Below are positions 1 to 10,886 of a stretch of DNA of 64,000 nucleotides, piece after piece. The translations under genes and the position numbers were made by a program. Each line of letters starts with the position of its first letter. Positions within the stretch are counted from its first letter, which is position 1. Source of the DNA: Epithemia pelagica (lineage: Eukaryota; Protista; Bacillariophyta); the NCBI GenBank assembly GCA_946965045.2, contig OX337233.1, positions 3,658,001 to 3,722,000 of the forward strand, given 5' to 3'. The notes under the pieces are model-generated. The model was not told the origin of the DNA. It was given only the letters and a program-made list of their open reading frames with translations, and did not search any database.

Positions 1-546
1 GCTATGGTGTCTATGTGTTGTTTTCTATGGCAGAGTTCCGTGTAAGTGTTTTCTAGAGACTTAGGGCATTGCAGGAGAGCCACCATACTGGAATGGCACG
101 TTGACTGGGGTGTCACGAAAGTCCCTGAACTTGTTGATATACATACGATCTTGGACCTTGCGGGCCTCCTCGTTTGCGTTGGCAGCACGGCATTTTGCGG
201 GATGGGACATGGTGCGCTGTGCAGAATTCATCAAAAGATCCACTGGGTCTCGTTCGAGCGGACACAGTCACTGGAATCCCACAAAGTAACTACTGAAGGG
301 AGTTTTCTTCCAACATGTTGTCTGCTTTACGAACGATTGGATCATACTCCTTTCCAATTCTCATTGTGGTCCGTGTCTTGTTGGCATAGATTCGGGTTGG
401 TGCATCCAGACACACAGTATGCGAATTTTTCCCATTCCATCATTTGTGTTTAAATCGTCTTACATATGTTTGGACCTTGGAGGCTTTATCACGAACCTTT
501 GCATGTGCCGGTACTTCGTCCATCATCCCAGTTTTCCCCCTGGGTT

Positions 547-1304
547 TGATAAACTTCTCTCGATTCAACAGGGGTTAGACGGATAGGTAGGAGAGGTAAA
601 AGGCTCGCTGAGCCGACAATCGAATCACCAACCGATACAACAATCCTCCACGGGTCAGAGAAGAGTTGCAAGTCGAAGTCCGCCGTGGGTGGGGGCAGTC
701 GGTCCACTGATAAGAGGTTAGTCTTAAGATGAGTGTTAAAATGGTGATATTTATGATTGTGAGACGATTACTAACTAAGGTGGTTGATGGTGCCGAAGTC
801 CTGGCTCTTGTATACGGCCATGGATCTGGTGTGATAGGTCCTCACTGGTTGGAGTAGACCGGCATTGGTGTATATTGAATGTATAGGGTGATGGATAACA
901 TGTATGGGATGCAACAGCTCTTGCTTTGTCGTGGTATAAGTCTTGTCCTGGGCGCGTTGCTGTTTGCATTCTTGGATTTGTGGGAACAGAGATATGGTCT
1001 CGCGTGATCGTGATTCGTGCTTTGATTACATAGACCGTTAGGTCGAATCGTGGATGCGCGTACTCGGATAGTAGAGGCGCGCACTTGATAGTTTTGGGCG
1101 CGCACGTGTTGGGCCATAGTTAATATCCGAGCGGTCGCCGATAACGCGTGCAATGCGAGCATGCCGTGGCCAAATTTATAGTTTCGCGAGCATGCCAACA
1201 TTCTTTTCTCACTTTTAGGAAAATGTCATCGGATGCCATAAAATACTAGCATCATTCGATGAGTTGTAGGTTTCGCCACCTAGTTTTCGGTGAGAATCCT
1301 AACA
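547..1304 (-). repeat. 3' LTR of the copia element
   Basis: Direct repeat of 7964-8721, preceded on the element strand by the purine tract GGGGAG. Confidence 0.96.
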
Positions 1305-4300
1305 CTCCCCACAATTCGTCGAATGAGGATTGTCAATTCCCTCATCACTTTCCTGGATTTTTCCTCTCCAGAATAACAAAGATCTGAGCATGGGCCAAAC
1401 TGCGGCGAATTCCCAATGTTTACTGAGGATATCAGCTGGGTTTGTCTTTCCATCTTTCCAGTAGAATGCGACGTACTTTGCAGCGATAGCTTCACGGACT
1501 CGGTGATAGGATAGGAGATGGTGCCTCTTGGAGATGATTGAGTGTGGTGTGGTGCTATTGATAACGACAGAGCGGTTATCTCCAAACATGTAACTCTTCC
1601 CTCGCAGAGGGACTCCCGAGTATCGGAGTGTAAGGCGTAGCTCCGTGATCTGATCAACTGCAGTCCTTGCGGCAACAAATTCAGATCCATACGTGGCTGT
1701 TTCCACTATGGCTTGTCGCTTACTGTACCAGTCCACGGGTGTACCATTTACAAAATGCAGGATGGCTGTAACTGCTTTCCCAGTAACCATATCATGCATG
1801 AGATTTGCGTCGACATAATGTATAGTTGTCACAAAACGCCCAAGTGGGGTTGGACAGTCCTCAGGGATACGTTCCTTGGCGTCCATGTATACGGTACGAC
1901 TCCAATCGTATTCTTGGATAGGTAAAGCTGATCAATCTGGCTCCCCAGTGCGGAATCTGATAGACCCATCAGGAAATGACATGAGGTATCCATAGATGCG
2001 TTTAGCTCGCTTCAAATGACCAATCCTTGGAGCAGCTCTGAACCTTGATAGAGTCATGGTAGCAGGAAAGACATCAAAACGGCCAATGGTAATTAGCCAT
2101 TGCAGTTGTCCAATAAGAGTCTGGAAATGCTGGGTCCCTTCTTCATCTAAGAGCTCAGAGTCATCGAGTTCAGGATGATCGTTAGCAATGACTGGCGGCT
2201 TTGCTTTCTTGGGTTTCTCATTGAACAATCGTTCATAGGTATCCATCATCTTCTCGATGTACCTTCGTGGGTCAGACACAAGTGTACCGTCTGGATCTTT
2301 GGTATAACGACACCCCAAATGATACTCGATAGGTCCGACTCCTTTGAGTTTGAAGTTGTATTTTTCTGTAAAGATCTTGCAGACAGCTTCAGGGTCCATG
2401 GCAACGATAGCTAAGTCATCAACATATACAGCGATATATTCATAACAGTCTTCTCCAGGAGCCTTCTTCATCCAAATATCAGGGTCAGCCTTGCTTGGAG
2501 AAAATCCCATATCAATGAGAACATCAAACAGTTTGTCATGCCAGCGAGCACCTGAGGATTTGAGACCATATAATGCCTTGAAGATGATCAAGATATGTCC
2601 TTCTAACTCCTTGAACTCTGGTCCTGCAATGATGAAAATCTTCTCTCCTGTCAATGCTTCTAGGTATGCGTTCCCAATATCTGCTCCCCATATTTCCATG
2701 TCGTTCATGGTTCCAAGAAATATGGCAATGCGAAGGTTGCGAATGGAGACAACCCCTGAATAGATGGTCTCAACGGGTTCCTTGGTGAGATGTCCATCTG
2801 CGACAAGTCGTGCCTTGTGCCTTCCGTCATGCTTGACATCAAAGACCAGATGTACCCTTATCTTATGATATCCTTCTGGTGCATTGGCCAATTTCCCATT
2901 AATGAACTTGGCTTTTCCATGGTCCTTGAAAGTGTTATACGATTGGATCTGTGAGAGTTCCAATTCTGTTGCGTCTTGCCATTTCGTGTTCCCAAATTGC
3001 TTGTCTAGTTCCACTGCTTCTTCATAGGTGCGAGGTACTTGGAAACCAAACTTGTACTTGATAGAGCGACGAACTTGTTTGATCCTGGATTGTTTAGCTG
3101 CTCGAATGAGTCTTTTGCTTGTCTTGACGTATCGCTTGAGATGTTTCCATCCAGGTAGATCCAGCAAACCATTTTTCTTGGCATAGATGGCGACTGTGAT
3201 GGGGTCATCATTTGCAATAAGAGATAGAGGTTCGTATGTCGTCTCCCCAGTCTCCCAATCAACAAGGACATTATATTTACTCCCTTTATAGTCTGGGTCG
3301 CTTGAGTTCAAAGGTCCTTGGTGTGCAATAACGTCTCTGAATCGGAAGAGACTATCCCCTGTCGTTTGGGCTTGATTATCCCTTTCAATGTATTCCATGA
3401 GCTGGTTGTAGGAGATCATCTCATCAACATTGGAGTTAGACTTGCGAAAGATATATTTGAGTCGATCTTCTTGTTTGGTTGCATCTTGTTCCAGGTCGAC
3501 AACTCGTTTGATTACTCGTGCTCGGTGGCGCTCCCCATTCTCTTCAGTGTCACAAAGGAATGTGCGTCCAACTAAATCGTCGTAGTCAATTGTTGGCATG
3601 GGTGTGGATGGGTCTTCACTTCTGCTGCGAATAAAGACAGTGTCACCTTGCTTGTCAGTGGGTTTATGCGGCGACTCCTCCCCTGAAGAGATATCCACAC
3701 GAAGGTTGGGGGTAGTGGAGGCAATGCGACGGACAGCGGAACGGTAGATGACGTTGTCGGCAGTGAGGATCTTCCAAGTAAAGGCATCACCAACATTGTG
3801 GGCAAAACCAACCCAGTGGCCAATCTTCTCGTCGGGAGACGAAGGGTAAGAACCGGAGGTAGGTTCAGAAGGGTCGACACGATAGTAGACCTCATCCCAG
3901 AAAGGAAAGAAAAGGAGATGGGTAATGTCGGGTGGGGTACCGGTAAGAGCCTCAAGAGGGGTGCGGCCAGAGTGGGTGGGAGAGGAAGTGTGATTGAGGA
4001 GGTCACACACATATTCTAAACAAAGTAACCATGCAGAAGCAGGGCAACCAGAGGCATTCATGATAGCATTGGTCATACGCTTAACGGTCTGGTAGCGGTT
4101 CTCAGCTTTGTTCTGGTGTTGATGATAGGGCTCGGAACGGTATTCACCAATCAGAAGGGTGCGAAGAATATCCTTGACCTTGTGGGAAATAAGTGACGAA
4201 CCACCATCACTGATCAAAGTCTCCATGACACCACGTGTACGAATGTTATCCTGGAGGGTATTGACGAATTGCTTGGTAGACTTGATACCATAAATGTCAG

Positions 4301-6977
4301 TAACCAAAGTATCACGACCAACAAAAATCTGAGCAATCTTGCTACCATGGTTAACAGCCGGGGTGTCGGAGAAGATGGAGTCAGTGGCAACGGGTTCATG
4401 CCGTCGTGGTAGGTTAAGGATAGGATTCCGGGCCTTAAAGTGTTTCTTCAAGGTATCCTGGTCAAAGGAAACGTGTCCATGACGAGTTGTATGCTTGAAC
4501 GTATCGGCGATTACGTCTTCCGATTGCCACCCAAAGAAAGGGCGAAATTTCTTCCAGTTGTATTGTTCCTTGTAGAGTTTGTGGACAGACGCATGAAGTG
4601 TGGGGTCGTTGCCATCTTGATCAGCATAGATGGAAAAGAAGGAAGGTGTATCGGGGCCATGATCATATGGGAGATCAAGGAGGAGATTCAAAGTGCATAC
4701 AACGCGATCGGTATACTCCCCATATTGGTCATAGGGGTACGTTTCCATACTACCATCAGTCTCCACAGATGTCCAGTTCGGTGCAGGGTCTTGATGGGGG
4801 TCTGGATGGGTATGGTCAAGTACAGAAGGATCCCAGATATGGGGTGAAGTGAACACAATATGCGGATATTTATCCATATCGTCATCAGAAGGGATTCCCA
4901 GAGATTGAATGTATGCAAGGCCATCCTTGATTCGTAAGGGCAATGCACGTCCATCAAGGGTAGTAATGCGTTGTTTGCCATCAACCTTGACGGATCGTTT
5001 GTCGACAGATAGGCCAAAATGTTCAAATTGCGCTGGGGCATGGATAGATAAACCCTTTCCATAGTGGGCATACTCATTGAAGATACCAATAATGGGTCCA
5101 TCACTTGCATCAAACTTGGCAGCACAGGTAACAACTGGAAGGCCAGTCAATTCATGATTGTCAATACCCACGATGGTAATATGACGTCCGGTTTTGGCAA
5201 GGATACGCATGTCAGATCCTGCAAGGCCTCCATTGGCACCTCGATCGATGAGTTGATTACCAGAAAAGGTGGATTTGCGGGAGAATAGATATCGTGACGT
5301 ATGAACCTTTTGCTTGTGATCGGCAGAAGACTTGAACTTGACTTTAGGACTTGACTTTGTCGTAGAAGTTGACAAGATGTTGCTGAGGTCAGATGCTGGA
5401 TGATTGATATCTGTCGATGCAATAGCCTGGTGTACGAACTGGGTAACCAGATCAGAGGATGTATCGAATGGGTCTTGTTCTGGTGCATCTTGATGGGTAT
5501 CACCAATGTTGTTGGCATCAGGATCAGGGTCCGGTTCAGGGTCAATGTCAAGAGAATGTGTTTGGACCTTGCGTGGAGTTGTCGGGGAATCTTGGACGGA
5601 TTTATTGAAGTCGACAATGATTTGCCGATCCTCTTCAGAGAGTTTAAACCATACATCTCTTGGAAGGCTGATTTTCGACGAAGTTGGGGACTTTTCGGAT
5701 TGGATATTCGTGTTGTTGATCTGGTAGTCAGGGGGCTCCACTGGTTCAAAAGGTTCATCCAACTGAAATGCATGTTGCTTTACATGACGACGGCGGTTAG
5801 ACGCAGAAGTTCGGGTAGCTTGGTCATGGTCAAAAGCAGCATCAAGAAGCAGGCGGAAATATGATTGATAACAGAGAGACTTGGCTCCAGATTTTGTGTT
5901 GACAACGTTATCCAAGATCATGACTCGTCTTAAATCAGGTACCTTTTCAACAGCTTGCATAAGGAAGGTCATCCTTGTATGGTCATGGATACGATCCGAC
6001 AGTGGTACAAGGTTATCCAGAAGTCATAGCTGTTCTTGAAAATGTAGGAGAAACTGACGAGTTGTACCACGCCAAGAGTCATCCAATCGAAGATTCGAAA
6101 TGTAGCTTGCTAGGCGTAACACTTCTCGCTTAGCTAGATCAGATTCAGTGTGTAGAACATGGAGTTTCTTCAAGACGGCTCTTGCATCTTCATCATGTTC
6201 ATGTTCTCGAACATATGCTCTTCCTTGGTCGGTTTGGATAATACGTACAAGTACAGAATAGACAAAGACTTGTTGTTCTCGGAAAAGTAACTCTGCGCAT
6301 TCGTCATCCTTGGGTACCTTGTAATCGAAATCAAGAACATTCGACAATCCTTGTGTTTTCGCAGTTGATTTGAATACACGCCAAAACGAATCAAAGTATC
6401 GTTTGTCTTTGAATGATTCAAATGCTGTTGCATCTCTTTTGGTTCCTTTCTTGAAAGCAGAGAGATCTAACATGGATTGAGATGTTGTAGAGGATGTAGT
6501 GGGAGATCGGGATGATACGGAGTGTGCAGGTGATTTCAGAGGAGAAACTGGGTCTTGGTTCATACCAGACTTGGTAAAGTCAGTGTTGATCCTCCAATCG
6601 TCATATTGGTCCCTCGTGAGGTTCATCCATGTAGCACGGGGTAGTTTTCCATGTTGGAGTTGCCGTTGTTGTAGTAACCAATATGCCATTAGTTTGAGTT
6701 GTAATCTTGTACTTGTCTGTAGGTCGTTGACTTGTTTTCCAACCTTGTATTGCATGAGATCCTTGAGTGTCTCCTCGGGATCAGTTGCAACATGGTCGAG
6801 GACATGAAGGATATGTTCAAAACCATGATGTCGCATCCACTTTTGAAGTGATTGGGCTCGTTCATCATTACAACCAAAGATGCCTTTAGTTATATGGTCG
6901 AAGAGATCTTGGTTGGTTATATGACTTGACTTGTCCTCAGGAGGAGTAAACGGTGTCTTGGGAGGTGTCGCTTCCAT
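1299..6977 (-). pseudogene. Copia gag-pol polyprotein interrupted by two in-frame TGA codons (6024-6026, 1932-1934)
   Basis: ORFs 6024-6977, 1932-5972 and 1299-1886 share one frame. Motifs: PR LIDRGANGG; IN VATDSIFSD, LISDGG, QNKAE; RT YGLKSSG, YVDDL; RH YVDANL, ATYGSEF, GDNRSV, NPADILSK. Confidence 0.93.
1305..1310 (-). promoter_or_regulatory. Polypurine tract
   Basis: GGGGAG immediately upstream of the 3' LTR on the element strand. The RNase H frame runs through it and stops inside the LTR (GGG GAG TGT TAG). Confidence 0.8.
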
Positions 6978-7169
6978 GATAGTACTTGTATGGTTCAGCT
7001 GTTATCACAGTGTGTAGCGTGATGTCCTTGCGAAAATTTTATTTAACCGGTGTGAAAAGAACCCGGATGTGACACGTATGTTGGTACCCGGATCTGTGAT
7101 GTGCTTGGATTCCGGATGTGCGGAACTCGGTTTTGTGTCTGGTTTGGTGTAGAAACTACGTAAAGTTAC

Positions 7170-7925
7170 TTATTCTTGGTCACTTTCGGCTCGGTACTGA
7201 AGACGAGATGCGGAATCGGTCACTGTAGGGGCTAGTTCTTCAACGTCGTCGTCTTCCAACAAGTGGTTCACGTGTTGAGTGAAGAGAAGGTAGATAGTCG
7301 CACGGAAATCCTGGCAGAGATGGATCTCGTGAACAAAGGAGACGTACTCGTCGAGACGAGTAGTCGGGGTAGGTAGCGGATTCTTCGTCGAGTTGACGAT
7401 CCAGATGGTGTGGAAGTAGTTGGTTGGACGTTCAAAGGAGATGAATCGAATACGGATGGGTTCCACAGGGTTGCCCAACAGGGCTTGGACAATGAAACGG
7501 CGTCTCGAGCACTGGTACAAGAGGTCGAGAAGTCGTTGGATGTCCTCAAGGTCAGTCACGGGTTGGACGGACTGGAAATCGATCTCGCGTTCGGTTGTGG
7601 AACAGATCACGTCGGGGTCGGTAGTCGACTCAGTCGGCTCGCGGAAGTGTCGGATATGCGCAGTAAGAAGACGGCTCGTACGTCGGGTGCGAGTAGGGTT
7701 CAAACGGAGAGGCGGAGTCGAAGGGTGAGTCGGAATCGAAGGAGGCTGGACCACTTGGTCCGGGGTCTGGAAGGGATTCGGAGCACTGGCCTGAGTCGGG
7801 GTCTGTTTCGCAGTTTCAATCAAGGGCTCGCCCGGATGGGACACGGGTGGATGGAGTTCATCCCCGCTTTGTTGGAAGGAATGAAAGATGTGTCGAATAG
7901 AGAGGTTGGAATCGTCGTGAGACAT
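7170..7925 (-). CDS. Extra ORF (ORF0, ~251 aa, Pro-rich N-half) between PBS and gag, unknown function
   Basis: Open frame from ATG at 7925 (MSHDDSN...) to the stop at 7170, inside the LTR-bounded element. The ORF track's start at 7985 is a TTG. Confidence 0.6.
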   Translation of the reverse strand: MSHDDSNLSIRHIFHSFQQSGDELHPPVSHPGEPLIETAKQTPTQASAPNPFQTPDQVVQPPSIPTHPSTPPLRLNPTRTRRTSRLLTAHIRHFREPTESTTDPDVICSTTEREIDFQSVQPVTDLEDIQRLLDLLYQCSRRRFIVQALLGNPVEPIRIRFISFERPTNYFHTIWIVNSTKNPLPTPTTRLDEYVSFVHEIHLCQDFRATIYLLFTQHVNHLLEDDDVEELAPTVTDSASRLQYRAESDQE

Positions 7926-7952
7926 CGAAAGCTTCTCGGAAATAAACGATGA

Positions 7953-7963
7953 GACTGTTAATC
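7953..7963 (-). promoter_or_regulatory. Putative primer-binding site, complementary to the tRNA-Asn(GUU) anticodon arm
   Basis: GATTAACAGTC directly abuts the 5' LTR. It is the reverse complement of GACUGUUAAUC (tRNA-Asn positions ~30-40). No TGG-type PBS is present. Confidence 0.65.
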
Positions 7964-8721
7964 TGATAAACTTCTCTCGATTCAACAGGGGTTAGACAGA
8001 TAGGTAGGATAGGTAAAAGGCTCGCTGAGCCGACAATCGAATCACCAACCGATACAACAATCCTCCACGGGTCAGAGAAGAGTTGCAAGTCGAAGTCCGC
8101 CGTGGGTGGGGGCAGTTGGTCCACTGATAAGAGGTTAGTCTTAAGATGAGTGTTAAAATGGTGATATTAATGATTGTGAGACAATTACTAACTAAGGTGG
8201 TTGATGGTGCCGAAGTCCTGTCTCTTGTATACGGCCATGGATCTGGTGTGATAGGTCCTCACTGGTTGGAGTAGACCGGCATTGGTGTATATTGAATGTA
8301 TAGGGTGATGGATAACATGTATGGGATGCAACAGCTCTTGCTTTGTCGTGGTATAAGTCTTGTCCTGGGCGCGTTGCTGTTTGCATTCTTGGATTTGTGG
8401 GAACAGAGATATGGTCTCGCGTGATCGTGATTCGTGCTTTGATTACATAGACCGTTAGGTCGAATCGTGGATGCGCGTACTCGGATAGTAGAGGCGCGCA
8501 CTTGATAGTTTTGGGCGCGCACGTGTTGGGCCATAGTTAATATCCGAGCGGTCGCCGATAACGCGTGCAATGCGAGCATGCCGTGGCCAAATTTATAGTT
8601 TCGCGAGCATGCCAACATTCTTTTCTCACTTTTAGGAAAATGTCATCGGATGCCATAAAATACTAGCATCATTCGATGAGTTGTAGGTTTCGCCACCTAG
8701 TTTTCGGTGAGAATCCTAACA
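7964..8721 (-). repeat. 5' LTR of the copia element
   Basis: Reads TGTTAG...TTATCA on the minus strand. Near-identical to 547-1304 (6 substitutions counted by eye). Confidence 0.96.
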
Positions 8722-9649
8722 GGGTTCATGTAGAGCAAGGTGGATCACACAAGGGTGTCATGACGCAATGGGAATTGTTGGTTATTCACTGTGTTTGCGG
8801 CGGAAGAATACGAACCTTCTTTCGTCTTGGTTGTGACAGTGTGACTGTGTTTGCCGCCGTAGTCTGGTTTGTTTCGTGAGTTTGAGACTATTGTACGAAC
8901 CGTTGCATGGTGCCGTCCATCATCACCGTTTCCCCCCAGAGGATTCTTGTAGAACTAGGTAGATCGGTAGATGGTGGAATGGGAATTTGGCATTGGTCAT
9001 TCACTTTGTTTGCGACGGAAGGGAATACGAACCTTCTCATCTTGGTTCTGTCGCCTGCGTTCCCCGTGGCGAGAGTGGTTGGTTGGTTTCTTGTTTCGTG
9101 AGTTTGAGACGGAGCCGATCCAGTGGCGAAAGCTGACCCTGCTCGCTGCTTTGGCTTAACTATCCAATTCAGACGGGGCAATTGTAAAGAATGGCAGCTC
9201 GGAGCTCGGAAGGCATTGTTCACTCCATACTGCTCAGGCTTAATTGTATTTCATTAATTCTTCTCGCGAGAACTGGAAAGAGATCTGAACTGGTTGTTAA
9301 ATCTTAAATGCTTACGTCTTACGTGGATAGCGAACCTTCATGGGCTATAAAATGACTTACTTATGCCGATGCAGCCTGCGAGTCAGCCCTCGACGTCTGC
9401 TTCTTAATCGATTATACGCTTTTCTTCTCTTTCTGGAGGCAATTGAGAACGACGAGGAAGGCGGTCTTTGATACTTACGTCGAAGCAGACGATCCCGATT
9501 TTTTGGTTATATTCAAGGAAGTGGGAAGTGCAAGATTGAGAGCAACGCGGCAGGATGACCCACAAACTAGATCCACAAAATCTCCCAAGACCTTTTTTGG
9601 TGATCACATAGATCCATTTTTGAGTTTTTTTTCTGTTCTGTTGATCACC

Positions 9650-10477
9650 ATGGTATCTTCTTCTTCTTCTCTCATGAACGACTCAGCTGCTGCTGCTGCT
9701 CCACCCACCAGTGCACCGGTTCGATCCTCTTCGGATCACACATGGCGCGTGGCTCGTCACAGTGGAGGCTTTTGCAGTGGCCATGTCTTGGTGAATGACG
9801 AACGTCAACTCCGCAAATTACCGTCCTTGAAACGATCTCGTACCTTGGACCGGATCGCCAGTCAAGAAGCACAAGCCTTGGTCGAAGCCCATGTCTTGCA
9901 ACAACAACAACAACAAAACTTATTGTCGTCGTCCTCTTGCTCCTCTTCCTCTTCGTTTTTGTCCTCCAATCATTCGGGCTTTTTGACCAGTGTGCCGTTG
10001 GAAGAGGATCATCGCCATTCCCTCTTGATTGATGAGAACCATGACAAGGATTCCGATCGTACCTGTTTTATTGCCAAGACTGTCTTGCACGGTCACCATA
10101 CCACGATCCGTCGCCTGCATGCCAAGGCCATGCATCGCGGCAACCAACGCTGTCGAAACCACCACAAGAAGAATGCCAGCGATCGATCCTTTCGTCGCCA
10201 CGTCTTGTCGTCCAATGTGACAGAATTGGGTCTGGCGACCGTCCATGCACCCGATGGATCCCTCTTTATGGTCCTCTTGTTTCGAAGGACCACCACCACA
10301 ACAACAACAACGCCTCAAGCCGCCTCAACTACCACCCAAGCGGCATCCATTCGACCCTCGCTTGGTCCTCGTCGATGTGCTTCCGAATCCGTCTTGCAGT
10401 TCCATCATCATGCTCCCAGCCGCAAGGGCCATTTGGTGGAGGGCAACAACAGTAGCCACCGCAGCTTGACGGTCTAA
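9650..10477 (+). CDS. Hypothetical low-complexity protein (S/Q/T-rich)
   Basis: Long open frame with poly-S/Q/T runs like other host genes here. Likely start MVSSSS at 9650. No recognisable domain. Confidence 0.45.
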   Translation: MVSSSSSLMNDSAAAAAPPTSAPVRSSSDHTWRVARHSGGFCSGHVLVNDERQLRKLPSLKRSRTLDRIASQEAQALVEAHVLQQQQQQNLLSSSSCSSSSSFLSSNHSGFLTSVPLEEDHRHSLLIDENHDKDSDRTCFIAKTVLHGHHTTIRRLHAKAMHRGNQRCRNHHKKNASDRSFRRHVLSSNVTELGLATVHAPDGSLFMVLLFRRTTTTTTTTPQAASTTTQAASIRPSLGPRRCASESVLQFHHHAPSRKGHLVEGNNSSHRSLTV

Positions 10478-10886
10478 CCACACACACACACATGACGACA
10501 TGACGACATGACGACCAGTCTTTTTTTTCACGACGCCAACATTTTGGGGAGAACCATTCTTTTTTAAAAGTTTTAAACGGTAGACGAATTTTGAACCACA
10601 CACGTTGCACTCGTCAAGCTATTGTTATTGGATTTCCTACTTCTAGGTCTTGGCTTATGTGGTATGCGTTGCAGTTTGGTACTCTTGAATGGACCTGAAA
10701 AGTGCTTTGTGCAACTACAAGGATGGTTTATATGAATAGATTACGAGAGAGCTTGAACGTGTTTTTTGGACAGGTGTAGGATTCACACAAGAACAAACCA
10801 CAAAACGAAAGGAACACGAGGCCGAGAGAGATATCACTTCGTGTGCCTCGAGACAAGGACTATCTATACGATCGTGTCCATGTCGT

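Larger units (their letters stand above)
547..8721 (-). mobile_element. Full-length Ty1/copia LTR retrotransposon (diatom CoDi-like), 8175 bp
   Basis: Two 758-bp direct repeats with TG...CA ends. 5-bp TSD GGGTT at 542-546 and 8722-8726. Domain order gag-PR-IN-RT-RH on the minus strand. Confidence 0.97.

Noticed and set aside
6024-6026. Programmed gag-pol readthrough in the copia element
   Set aside because: The stop lies inside what appears to be continuous gag sequence (FQEQL*LLDNL), well before the protease. CGA>TGA explains it, and a second stop disrupts pol.
7953-7963. A tRNA gene
   Set aside because: Only the 11-nt anticodon-arm match is present. There are no acceptor, D or T arms.
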